37,662 nt of DNA from a virus. Taxonomy: Duplodnaviria; Caudoviricetes. The DNA lies in the IMG/VR virus record IMGVR_UViG_3300021963_000318, positions 1 through 37,662 of that record. One strand, given 5' to 3'. The translations under genes and the position numbers were made by a program. This document shows positions 19,410 to 26,953 of the stretch, in pieces; within the stretch, counting starts at the first letter, position 1, and every line of letters begins with the position of its first letter. The notes under the pieces were generated by a model, which had not been told where the DNA came from, did no database searches, and saw only the letters and a list, made by a program, of their open reading frames with translations.

Positions 19410-20038
19410 TAGTCAATAGCTGTTTCTCTGTAATTAGGAATGCTCATAATAATGTACGTAGGAGTGGCTTTGCTCTTCTTTATCTTATATCCTCCTTTCA
19501 TCACTCTATCCACTAGTCTCCAATCATGCTCATATTCAGCGTCTAATCTGTATTCTTTTCTAAGGACATCTGTCTTAAAAATAAGCTCAGCATTCCCTAT
19601 CCCCCCTCTAGAAAGTGTAGAATGTCTATCTTTCTTCCAGGGCTCTGTACGAGCATTAAAATAGCCCATGTCTATGTCAGGGTTTTCCTGCATAAATCCA
19701 TAATAGTTGGCAAAATGGTTGGGCTTTAAGACATCATCATTGTCTAGAAAGCATATATATTCTCCTTGAGCTATATCAATACCATATTTGCGTGCACCAT
19801 GCCCCCATCCTCCATAACGTGTGTCCATATTATGGAAGAGGATTCTATTGCCTGTAGCAGCCATTTGTTCTTCGTATTTCTTAAATACACTCTCGTCTAG
19901 ATGCTTTTGAAACAAGGGACAATTGTCTCCTATAAACAGAGCTTCCCATCCATCAAACTTCTGGGCTACAACAGATTCTATAGCTCTAATAGTCCTCTGT
20001 GGTCTTTTCCACACAGGGCATATACATGTTAGTTTCAT
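19409..20038 (-). CDS. Glycosyltransferase family 2
   Basis: CPVWKR, GEYICFLDNDD, HDW; start set to ATG 20038, since the longer ORF runs through a terminator. Confidence 0.85.
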   Translation of the reverse strand: MKLTCICPVWKRPQRTIRAIESVVAQKFDGWEALFIGDNCPLFQKHLDESVFKKYEEQMAATGNRILFHNMDTRYGGWGHGARKYGIDIAQGEYICFLDNDDVLKPNHFANYYGFMQENPDIDMGYFNARTEPWKKDRHSTLSRGGIGNAELIFKTDVLRKEYRLDAEYEHDWRLVDRVMKGGYKIKKSKATPTYIIMSIPNYRETAID

Positions 20039-20044
20039 ACAAAT

Positions 20045-20071
20045 AAAAAAACCCCTCACAAAGGAGGGGTT
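20045..20071 (-). terminator. Rho-independent terminator closing the basic-protein operon
   Basis: Minus strand AACCCCTC-CTTTGT-GAGGGGTT followed by a T run. Confidence 0.7.
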
Positions 20072-20076
20072 GTGTG

Positions 20077-20214
20077 TTATTTTGACAATCTTTTTGTTTT
20101 TAGAGGCCACATCTTGCTCTTTAGTCTGAGTTTTGTGTCTGCCTCTTTCATATAATTAGCGTTGGGTCTTGGGTTGGGCACCTTGGGTGCTTTTTTTGGT
20201 CTACCTGATTTCAT
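20077..20214 (-). CDS. 45-aa Lys/Arg-rich protein, not in the ORF track
   Basis: MKSGRPKKAPKVPNPRPNANYMKEADTKLRLKSKMWPLKTKRLSK; ATG 1 nt after the upstream stop and ends before the terminator. Confidence 0.65.
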   Translation of the reverse strand: MKSGRPKKAPKVPNPRPNANYMKEADTKLRLKSKMWPLKTKRLSK

Positions 20215-20215
20215 A

Positions 20216-20602
20216 TTAATAACATCCTCCTCTGCATTTACCACCCATGTTCATCTTACCACCATTACGCATACTCTTTCCAATAGTGCGCTTGTAACCA
20301 CCAAGGTTACTAGATACACTCTTCTTAGAGGGAGAAAGTGTTGCCCCACCACGAGCTTTTTTAGGCTTTTTACCAGCAGCTTTCATAGCTATAGCTGTTG
20401 CAGCTTGCTTCTTTAATTTAGCACCACCTTTGGCTTGTTTCTTAGCTCCTGCAATTTTATCTGCATATGTAGGATTGGGATTTTTATCAATCCCAGCCTT
20501 CACTGAGAGCATTCCAAAAGAACTTCCACTTTTAGCTTTCTTGTGCATACCACCATGTTTCATTGTGGAATATCCACCCATTGCTTTTTTAATCTTTGCC
20601 AT
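20216..20602 (-). CDS. Highly basic protein with many xxGG motifs
   Basis: KKAMGG, MKHGG, QAKGG, KARGG, MRNGG, MNMGG, CRGG. Confidence 0.75.
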   Translation of the reverse strand: MAKIKKAMGGYSTMKHGGMHKKAKSGSSFGMLSVKAGIDKNPNPTYADKIAGAKKQAKGGAKLKKQAATAIAMKAAGKKPKKARGGATLSPSKKSVSSNLGGYKRTIGKSMRNGGKMNMGGKCRGGCY

Positions 20603-20623
20603 TTGTATTTAAGTTTTTAATTG

Positions 20624-21064
20624 TTAGCAGTTCCATTTCCTCAAACTTTTATTGATTCTGCTATTTGGATCATTAGCAGTTTTAGCAGATGTACGACTTC
20701 TCTTCATACCTGACATTCTCGCACAAAAGCTCTTACGTCTATTAGCAGCTTTACTTCCAGGCTTTAACTTGGAAGGTTTTGTAGTGACAGCCATCTTTAA
20801 TTTACTTCCAGGATTAGCAGCTCTATAGCTTGCCACTCCCTTAGCATTTAGTCCTCCAGATTCTGACTTACCAGCTTTACGAGTCCATGCTGCAGTTTTA
20901 CCACCAGAGCGCATTTTGGGAGCTCTACGTGCTTCACGTTTAGCTTCTCTATCAGCTAGTCTATCAGCTCTACGGTTTTCTTTTGCAGCAATTCTTTCAT
21001 CTCTACGAACTTGTTTTTCAATACCACAAGTTCTACCAAACTGAGCTTTACTAATTTTACCCAT
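20624..21064 (-). CDS. Highly basic protein with a DUF6321-like C-terminal module
   Basis: KAQFG leader, MRSGG linker, then AAWTRKAGK...GGLNAKG...RRKSFCARM...SLRKWNC. Confidence 0.7.
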   Translation of the reverse strand: MGKISKAQFGRTCGIEKQVRRDERIAAKENRRADRLADREAKREARRAPKMRSGGKTAAWTRKAGKSESGGLNAKGVASYRAANPGSKLKMAVTTKPSKLKPGSKAANRRKSFCARMSGMKRSRTSAKTANDPNSRINKSLRKWNC

Positions 21065-21066
21065 GG

Positions 21067-21534
21067 TTATTTCTTTTTCTTTGTAAAACGCATATTGCCC
21101 ATACTGCTTTTAGCAGATCCTAGCTTTTTAGAAACACTAGATTTCTTAGGAATAAGCTTACCAGTTTTAGCTTTTGCTGTACCACCTGTTTTGTAATTCT
21201 GTTTCTTTATTTGTCTTTTCACCTCACCAGCAGCTCTTACGTTTCTATTTCCAGAACCTATATTTTTTTCGCTCATCATGCTGTTATAATCATCCTTAAT
21301 TCTTGAGAATATATCTGTAAGCTTAGGATTTATATAAGCATCAGTTGATCTATTAGGATTGGAAGTTCCTATTTTCTTTACCTTTGAAGCTTCAGATCCT
21401 ATTTTTCTGGATATTTGGTTCTCTGCAAAGTCTTTAGCCTGTTTTTTTCTTGACATGTTTGATATACGATTGGCTGCTTCTGGAGCATACTTACTCAACC
21501 ATGAACCAATTTGGGCTTTTTTTGGACGTTTCAT
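21067..21534 (-). CDS. Highly basic protein
   Basis: KKAQIG leader, YKTGG and KAKTG motifs. Confidence 0.7.
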   Translation of the reverse strand: MKRPKKAQIGSWLSKYAPEAANRISNMSRKKQAKDFAENQISRKIGSEASKVKKIGTSNPNRSTDAYINPKLTDIFSRIKDDYNSMMSEKNIGSGNRNVRAAGEVKRQIKKQNYKTGGTAKAKTGKLIPKKSSVSKKLGSAKSSMGNMRFTKKKK

Positions 21535-21980
21535 TTCTTCTTTTTGTAGTAATTAGGATTTTCCCTGTGCCACTTCTTAACAGAAGCAACACCCTGTTTT
21601 ACTGTCTTAGCTTTGGCTTTTTTAGTGAGGTTAATTTTGTCCCATTTACCAGCAGGAATACCAGCTGTATGGTCTACAACAATATCACCCTTTTTATTCT
21701 TAAACACCTTGTGAGTTTGCCCTCCTACCTTCACCACCTTACCACCCTTTTGAAGAGTGGAACCTGCATAAGGTCCTTTCTTCTTAACTAGTGGTCCATT
21801 GGGAACAGGAGTGATGGAGCCCTTAATAGCTGTAATTGTATCACCACTCCTTAAAACACGTTTACCCACATAAGCTTCTGCTTTCTGTGGGTTACGTACG
21901 CCATTCCCTCTTGTTACATTCTGAGGAAGTGTATTGCGCAATCTAGGAGCGCTCTTAAGGAGTTTCTTAATGCTTGGCAT
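21531..21980 (-). CDS. Highly basic protein
   Basis: LQKGG linker before a C-terminal module; overlaps both neighbours. Confidence 0.7.
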   Translation of the reverse strand: MPSIKKLLKSAPRLRNTLPQNVTRGNGVRNPQKAEAYVGKRVLRSGDTITAIKGSITPVPNGPLVKKKGPYAGSTLQKGGKVVKVGGQTHKVFKNKKGDIVVDHTAGIPAGKWDKINLTKKAKAKTVKQGVASVKKWHRENPNYYKKKK

Positions 21981-22366
21981 TATTTCTTCTTCTTAGAAGT
22001 TGTAGATTTAGTCTTAGTAACAGGTTTAGCTTTAGGTTTAGCTTTAGCTTTAGTCACTTTACCACCTGCTTTCTTCTTTTGAAGTGCCTTTTTTTGAGCT
22101 TCGTAAGTGCTGTCTCGTCTAGCATTTTCTCTTTGAAAACTTTTATTTCCAAGAGCACCACCAACACGACTTACACCTTCTGAAAGTCCTCTAGCCATTT
22201 GAATAAATGGGTGCAATCGTAACGCTTGATTAACTAGATTCTCTGGATCTTTAGGATTTTTCTTAATCCTTCTGATGGCATTAGATATGCTCAGATCATC
22301 ACCTAAATTTCTAGTTTCAGGTACGTTTCTGCCAGTTTGAGCTTTTCTTTTTAATATACGTCTCAT
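21980..22366 (-). CDS. Highly basic protein with a histone-H1-like Lys-rich tail
   Basis: RKAQTG leader; KKAGG then KVTKAKAKPKAKPVTKTK; ATG 22366, GTG 22372 also possible. Confidence 0.7.
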   Translation of the reverse strand: MRRILKRKAQTGRNVPETRNLGDDLSISNAIRRIKKNPKDPENLVNQALRLHPFIQMARGLSEGVSRVGGALGNKSFQRENARRDSTYEAQKKALQKKKAGGKVTKAKAKPKAKPVTKTKSTTSKKKK

Positions 22367-22368
22367 AA

Positions 22369-22755
22369 TCACTTTCCTTTACGTCCTTTGGACATCTTCT
22401 TTAAGGTCTGAGCAAGACGTGCACGCTGACCTAATTTACCTTTAGACTTAGCAGCTTTAGCTAGCTTAGCAGCAGGGATGGGTTTACCAGGCTTAGCACC
22501 AAGTTGAGCACGAAGAGCTCCAGGCTTCTTGATAGCACTCTGAATCCATTTGCCACCTTTAGCCTTCACCTTAGCACCCTTCTTAGCAGTCATGCTAGTG
22601 GCACCAAGTTCTTTATCACGCGTAAGACTAACTGGTGTGCGTTTACCAGCAAGTGTCATTTCTTGCACCTTTGTCCAAGCGCCCTTAGGATCAACAGGTC
22701 CTACACGCTTAGTAGAAGCATTCAAACCACGTTGAGCTTTTTTAATGTGTCTCAT
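22369..22755 (-). CDS. Highly basic protein
   Basis: KKAQRG leader; KVKAKGG then KWIQSAIKKPGALR...RARLAQTL module. Confidence 0.75.
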   Translation of the reverse strand: MRHIKKAQRGLNASTKRVGPVDPKGAWTKVQEMTLAGKRTPVSLTRDKELGATSMTAKKGAKVKAKGGKWIQSAIKKPGALRAQLGAKPGKPIPAAKLAKAAKSKGKLGQRARLAQTLKKMSKGRKGK

Positions 22756-22935
22756 TTTCCTTTAGCTTTAATTTTACGTTCTTGTTTTAGCATTGCTGCT
22801 GTAGGTTTTTTACCAGGCTTACCAGCAGCTTTATTACGTTTAGCTGCTGCACGAATGTTATCCCACAAACCACGTTGTGAAACAGAACCATCAGCACGCT
22901 TAATCATTTGTTTACCACCTTTAGCTTTCACCTTA
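22553..22935 (-). repeat. 21-nt direct repeat (22553-22573 and 22915-22935) encoding the KVKAKGG linker
   Basis: ccacctttagc(c/t)ttcacctta, one mismatch, in two adjacent genes. Confidence 0.8.
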
Positions 22936-23183
22936 ATACCTTTTCTTCCAATATTCTTTTGAGAAGCAGGCATAGAGCCTTTTTTCTTAAGTTCTTCCAT
23001 CATTCCTTTACCAGGAGCGCTAAGATCAACATCTTTTTTACGAGATGGAGTTTGTTTAGTAGGCAGACGAAATATATCTCTATACTCTTTAATAGTGCGA
23101 GCAGTGTCCACCTTTACACCTTTTGGCATACCTCCTTTTCCTATAGGAGAACCTCCAGTTTGATATTTTTTAATCTTTCTCAT
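22752..23183 (-). CDS. Highly basic protein
   Basis: KKYQTGG leader; KVKAKGG then KRADGS..RGLWDNIR module. Confidence 0.75.
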   Translation of the reverse strand: MRKIKKYQTGGSPIGKGGMPKGVKVDTARTIKEYRDIFRLPTKQTPSRKKDVDLSAPGKGMMEELKKKGSMPASQKNIGRKGIKVKAKGGKQMIKRADGSVSQRGLWDNIRAAAKRNKAAGKPGKKPTAAMLKQERKIKAKGK

Positions 23184-23185
23184 GT

Positions 23186-23425
23186 TTATAAGTTTGCTTG
23201 TTGAGGAGTTTCTTCCACCTCTTTCACTACACCTGTTTCAACAGCTTGTGCCATCTTTTGCTCAATAACAAGAGCTGCTTCGTTAGCTAAGAGGATTCTT
23301 TGTGCTTCTGGAGTGCTTGTAAGAACACGGAGAGCGTTCAAAAGCAAACCAAATTCATTACCGCTGAGCTCAAATTTGTCTTCAGCAGTCCATGTGTACT
23401 TCTTTGAAGGATCGTAAGTTGCCAT
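23186..23425 (-). CDS. Small acidic hypothetical protein, first gene of the basic-protein operon
   Basis: Glu-rich and helical; directly downstream of the promoter. Confidence 0.65.
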   Translation of the reverse strand: MATYDPSKKYTWTAEDKFELSGNEFGLLLNALRVLTSTPEAQRILLANEAALVIEQKMAQAVETGVVKEVEETPQQANL

Positions 23426-23452
23426 AATTTATGTAAGTTTTTGGTTTAGAAA

Positions 23453-23485
23453 CAAATATAAGGGTATTTTGGTCAATCTGCCAAA
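23453..23485 (-). promoter_or_regulatory. Bacteroidota sigma-type promoter
   Basis: Minus strand TTTG-N21-TATATTTG. Confidence 0.7.
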
Positions 23486-24072
23486 TTTATTTCAAGTTTT
23501 AGTTTTTGGTTTCTCATTCTTGATTCTGTTACTTTTCTAACATGTTCTGGAGATTTTTTCTTACCAAGAGCAGAGTTTCTCATTTTTAGTTTTGTTTCCT
23601 CTGAGTGAACTCTTCCTTTTCTAGATTTTCCCATTTTCAGTCGTGTTTCTTCAGATGCAGAACTTCCTAATCTTATAGTATTCCCCATCATAAACTCGCT
23701 TCTTTTCTTCTTAAACTCTTCAGAACATTTTCTTCCAGTGTTTGCTTTTCTTAACTTCTCAACACTTTCTGCAGAGTGTTTTCCACGACTACCTGCTTCT
23801 CGAATATTTATTAACTCTATGTTACAATCTCTAAACTGATCCATGTAAAACTGTTCATAGTTGTCAAGAATAGTTTGAGTAATATCCTCAGGTAACTCAT
23901 GAAGTATCATAAACTCATGATTATCAACACCATACTTCAAAAATGAGTTATAGAGTTTTGGTTGTCGTTTACAAGTAAGATTTTTATAGTTAGATATTCT
24001 TCTCTTAAAATTCCATGTCTGTCCTATATAGATCTTACCAGAAGGAGATGATATTTTGTATATAGTAACCAT
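23473..24072 (-). CDS. Free-standing GIY-YIG homing endonuclease with NUMOD3 repeats
   Basis: TIYKI...IYIGQT, RR..Y, LDNYEQ; HSAES/HSEETK repeats. Confidence 0.85.
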   Translation of the reverse strand: MVTIYKISSPSGKIYIGQTWNFKRRISNYKNLTCKRQPKLYNSFLKYGVDNHEFMILHELPEDITQTILDNYEQFYMDQFRDCNIELINIREAGSRGKHSAESVEKLRKANTGRKCSEEFKKKRSEFMMGNTIRLGSSASEETRLKMGKSRKGRVHSEETKLKMRNSALGKKKSPEHVRKVTESRMRNQKLKLEINLAD

Positions 24073-24353
24073 CAGATTTCTATTTCAAATGTTATGGTAC
24101 TAGAGCTCTTAATGCTTTTAGACAGCTGGAGCTTGATACCAAACAGGTTGTGAAACTTTAATAGCTCCTCTAGTAACATCTGTGTGTACATAGGCACTGA
24201 AGGAGCTATTCTAAAGTGGTATGAATAAGGGTTCTTAGTCACTTCCATAGAGGATAGCTCATCTATGGAATCTATAAGTCCTTGGAGGTGTGAAAAATAA
24301 GCAAGTTCGTTATCAGGCATCACCTCAGGGAAGAACCTCTTACTGATTGTCAT
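24072..24353 (-). CDS. Hypothetical protein
   Basis: Stop/start overlaps on both sides. Confidence 0.6.
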   Translation of the reverse strand: MTISKRFFPEVMPDNELAYFSHLQGLIDSIDELSSMEVTKNPYSYHFRIAPSVPMYTQMLLEELLKFHNLFGIKLQLSKSIKSSSTITFEIEI

Positions 24354-24772
24354 TAGGACAGGGTTAATAAATAACGTGCTTTTGCAGCTTCTCCACTTAA
24401 TGATTGAGCAATGTTCTCAATATCAGGCATGTTGTTAGCAGCTGCGTAGTTCTCAAGCTGTTTAGCAAAGCTAATTAGCTCACTTACAACAGCATCGCTA
24501 ACTCCCACACCATAGTCTTTAAGACCATTCACTCCTATAGTTTTAGCTCTAGTGTTTGTATAGCCCATCACCTTTTCCACTATTTCATCTTTCAGGTCAA
24601 ACACCTTGTCATACAGTCCACCAAGAGCTAAATGCTCAGCGTGGTTTCTTGTAGCCCAATGTAGGTTATGAAGCTGAATCTCAAAATAAGAAAGCTTTGT
24701 AGCTATAGCATCTGGAGAAAGTTCTCCACCAGATGTGTTTAGCATCTTCTCAGGAAACAGTGACTTTGCCAT
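24353..24772 (-). CDS. Dps/ferritin-like four-helix protein
   Basis: HNLHW...HLALGGLYD...DEIVE ferroxidase-like motif; YLL at the C-terminus. Confidence 0.75.
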   Translation of the reverse strand: MAKSLFPEKMLNTSGGELSPDAIATKLSYFEIQLHNLHWATRNHAEHLALGGLYDKVFDLKDEIVEKVMGYTNTRAKTIGVNGLKDYGVGVSDAVVSELISFAKQLENYAAANNMPDIENIAQSLSGEAAKARYLLTLS

Positions 24773-24894
24773 TAGTTAGTTTTTATAGATCCCCCAAAGC
24801 GGTTTGTATAAATGAGGTATTGCTTGATAGCCTCTGCTTTATCATCAGGATATTGTTTCAAAAAATCCTGCAGGGTTTTTATTTCTTCTGCCAT
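24772..24894 (-). CDS. 40-aa hypothetical protein, not in the ORF track
   Basis: MAEEIKTLQDFLKQYPDDKAEAIKQYLIYTNRFGGSIKTN; TAATG coupling to the Dps-like gene. Confidence 0.55.
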   Translation of the reverse strand: MAEEIKTLQDFLKQYPDDKAEAIKQYLIYTNRFGGSIKTN

Positions 24895-24921
24895 GGTATT
24901 AAGTGTTTTTAGTTGTTATTT

Positions 24922-25362
24922 TTATCCAATTCCAATGTTCCATCCAGAAACATTATCTGTGCACACTCTTCTAAATCCAATAGCACATGATTGTTCTAGA
25001 ATATTATTTGGAACATAGTAGTAGTATACATTACCAACAATGTTTGTAACATCTAATGTGATGATTACTCCTGGAGGTTCTGACTCACAGCTAATCATTG
25101 CCACTTGTAATGTAGGATTGGTGAAAGGATTAGTTTCAATTGCAAATATTGCTCCCTCTGGCTGACTTATTAAATCATTGATAATAAAGTCTTCTCCATA
25201 AACAGGAGGAGTACAGCTTGGATCACAGCACTCGTAAGCACCAATTTGTTTCCAATTACCCACCTTAGGTTTAGAGCGCTGGAGGATCAAACTTCCAGAT
25301 ATTAGTCTGCCTGTGCCATCATAGCGCACAAAGGCTTTCAAGTCTTTTTTATTGCTTGCCAT
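24922..25362 (-). CDS. Putative virion accessory protein, paralog A2
   Basis: N-terminal LKAFVRYDGTGR...KPKVGNW...YECC shared with the 25373-25759 gene. Confidence 0.6.
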   Translation of the reverse strand: MASNKKDLKAFVRYDGTGRLISGSLILQRSKPKVGNWKQIGAYECCDPSCTPPVYGEDFIINDLISQPEGAIFAIETNPFTNPTLQVAMISCESEPPGVIITLDVTNIVGNVYYYYVPNNILEQSCAIGFRRVCTDNVSGWNIGIG

Positions 25363-25372
25363 TTCTTAAAGT

Positions 25373-25759
25373 TTAAATAAGGGTGGTAGTTGTTGTTGTA
25401 GTGGGAAGAACGCCACAAGGACCTCCTTCTAACACCTCACTTGTTTCTCCTGAGATGGCAACAGTGCCTTGTTGAGCACAGAACTGGATAACATCTGGTC
25501 CAACAATTTCAAATTCTGCAATAGTGCCATTACAGTTGTTATAGGTGAGAGTTACAGTTTCTTCTCCTACAATAGCTTCATACTGAATGCATGGAAGCTG
25601 TGTTGTTGTGGTGGGATTGCAGCATTCATAAGCTGGAATTTCTACCCAGTTACCCACCTTGGGTTTCTTTCTTCTGAGTATCAGGCTGCTAGGAACGATT
25701 CTCCCAGTACCATCAAAGCGTACAAAAGCTTTGAGAGGGCGTTTGTCAATTGTGGCCAT
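25373..25759 (-). CDS. Putative virion accessory protein with Thr runs, paralog A1
   Basis: Same N-terminal domain; PTTTTQ and PTTTTTTT tracts. Confidence 0.6.
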   Translation of the reverse strand: MATIDKRPLKAFVRFDGTGRIVPSSLILRRKKPKVGNWVEIPAYECCNPTTTTQLPCIQYEAIVGEETVTLTYNNCNGTIAEFEIVGPDVIQFCAQQGTVAISGETSEVLEGGPCGVLPTTTTTTTLI

Positions 25760-25761
25760 GA

Positions 25762-26778
25762 TTAATAGTTTAATTTATATTTGTTAAAAAGTTGTTTCAG
25801 TTTGTTTGCGTAATACCACGTACAACGTGTCTTAGCTTTTTCATCATTTAGGACAGCATCTAGGTGAGGGTCTTTACTAGGATCTAGTCCTTTGTGGTAT
25901 TTACCTTTATAGAAGCAATTATATCCATCCATGGAGGTGGATACAATCCCTGCGTTATGAAGGATGGGGTGTGTATCTAGTTTTGTAATGGGGTCTGGAG
26001 CCCAGCTGAATCCCATCTCAGGAACCACCCTTGTTTCAGCTTCTCTGAGCCATAGATTCCAAAGAAGTGCCCACATATCAGCACACCAGCTCTGGAATCC
26101 TTTGCTTTCGCTTTCAAAGAAGTCTCTATTCACCTTTTGTAGATAGGACCTGATGACAATTGTGTCTGTCATCATCTTTTTCCAGAAGGCTGCATCTATA
26201 TTCTTTATAAGATATTGAGCTCCTCCTGAATGTTCGTTATGCGCCTCAGCTATCTCTCTGCTTATTCCCACAACACTAGCTATTTCAGCCAGGATGTCTC
26301 TTGTTTTATACTCCTCCAGCTTGTCTGGAAGAACATCTTTAATCTTAGAGTCAAAATACTTAGCGTTAATATAGCTGTTCGCATCTGATAGGTAGTTTAT
26401 GTCATCATCTACAAACTGTTGAATATCAAACTTTTCTGTAAATAGAATGTCTGAATCACAGTAGAATATTGCCTTTGAGCTCATGTCTGGATGGTCCTTG
26501 AAATACCTCCAGAGAACATAAGGTCTTAGAATGGGAATGTATATACCCAATAAATCACTAATACTATCTGTGTCTTTGTAGAAAACAAACTCAGCTTCTG
26601 GGTAGAGGGCAATCACCTGGTCCCATTTCTCATTTCGTTCTCTGTACTTAGGGATAAAAATGAGGACAATAGCTTTGTCACTATCTCCTCTTTCCTTTAA
26701 GCTTTCTAGCCATAGATTCACCTGCCATGTGTAGTAGGTATCATCTGGCTGAGCTGTAACATACTTAAGCTCCTTCAT
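25762..26778 (-). CDS. GT-A glycosyltransferase resembling HPAT/peptidyl-serine galactosyltransferase (GT95/GT96)
   Basis: YYTWQ..L, YIPILRP..L..YF, YCDSDILF, GAQYL, WCADMWA. Confidence 0.6.
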   Translation of the reverse strand: MKELKYVTAQPDDTYYTWQVNLWLESLKERGDSDKAIVLIFIPKYRERNEKWDQVIALYPEAEFVFYKDTDSISDLLGIYIPILRPYVLWRYFKDHPDMSSKAIFYCDSDILFTEKFDIQQFVDDDINYLSDANSYINAKYFDSKIKDVLPDKLEEYKTRDILAEIASVVGISREIAEAHNEHSGGAQYLIKNIDAAFWKKMMTDTIVIRSYLQKVNRDFFESESKGFQSWCADMWALLWNLWLREAETRVVPEMGFSWAPDPITKLDTHPILHNAGIVSTSMDGYNCFYKGKYHKGLDPSKDPHLDAVLNDEKAKTRCTWYYANKLKQLFNKYKLNY

Positions 26779-26805
26779 ATGTAGTTGTTGGTTTTAAGGG
26801 CGCTA

Positions 26806-26952
26806 TCACCCAATAGTGGTGCTAGTGGTGGTGGTGGTGAAATTGTCATTCAGCTCACAAAGCTGGCAAGAAATCCCTTCCAGTTGCTTTGCAATCTGCC
26901 ACAACAAGTTCTCTGTTGTACCCCATCCTATTTGTTTAGCTGGTATTCCCAT
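26806..26952 (-). CDS. 48-aa paralog of the N-terminus of 26954-27823 with a Thr tail, not in the ORF track
   Basis: MGIPAKQIGWGTTENLLWQIAKQLEGISCQLCELNDNFTTTTTSTTIG. Confidence 0.75.
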   Translation of the reverse strand: MGIPAKQIGWGTTENLLWQIAKQLEGISCQLCELNDNFTTTTTSTTIG

Positions 26953-26953
26953 T

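Noticed and set aside
20039-20110. N-terminal extension of the GT2 given in the ORF track
   Set aside because: It crosses a terminator and overlaps a better 45-aa ORF; GT2 homology starts at MKLTCICP
20216-23183. GG motifs as bacteriocin double-glycine leaders or ubiquitin-like C-termini
   Set aside because: Context is strongly basic and internal, unlike the LSxxELxxIxGG leader; no peptidase-ABC transporter or E1/E2-like genes in the window, though not excluded elsewhere
20162-23204. Hydrophobic + strand ORFs (e.g. 21450-21791, 22504-22962) as membrane proteins
   Set aside because: They are antisense shadows of Lys-rich genes (AAA/AAG read as Phe/Leu)
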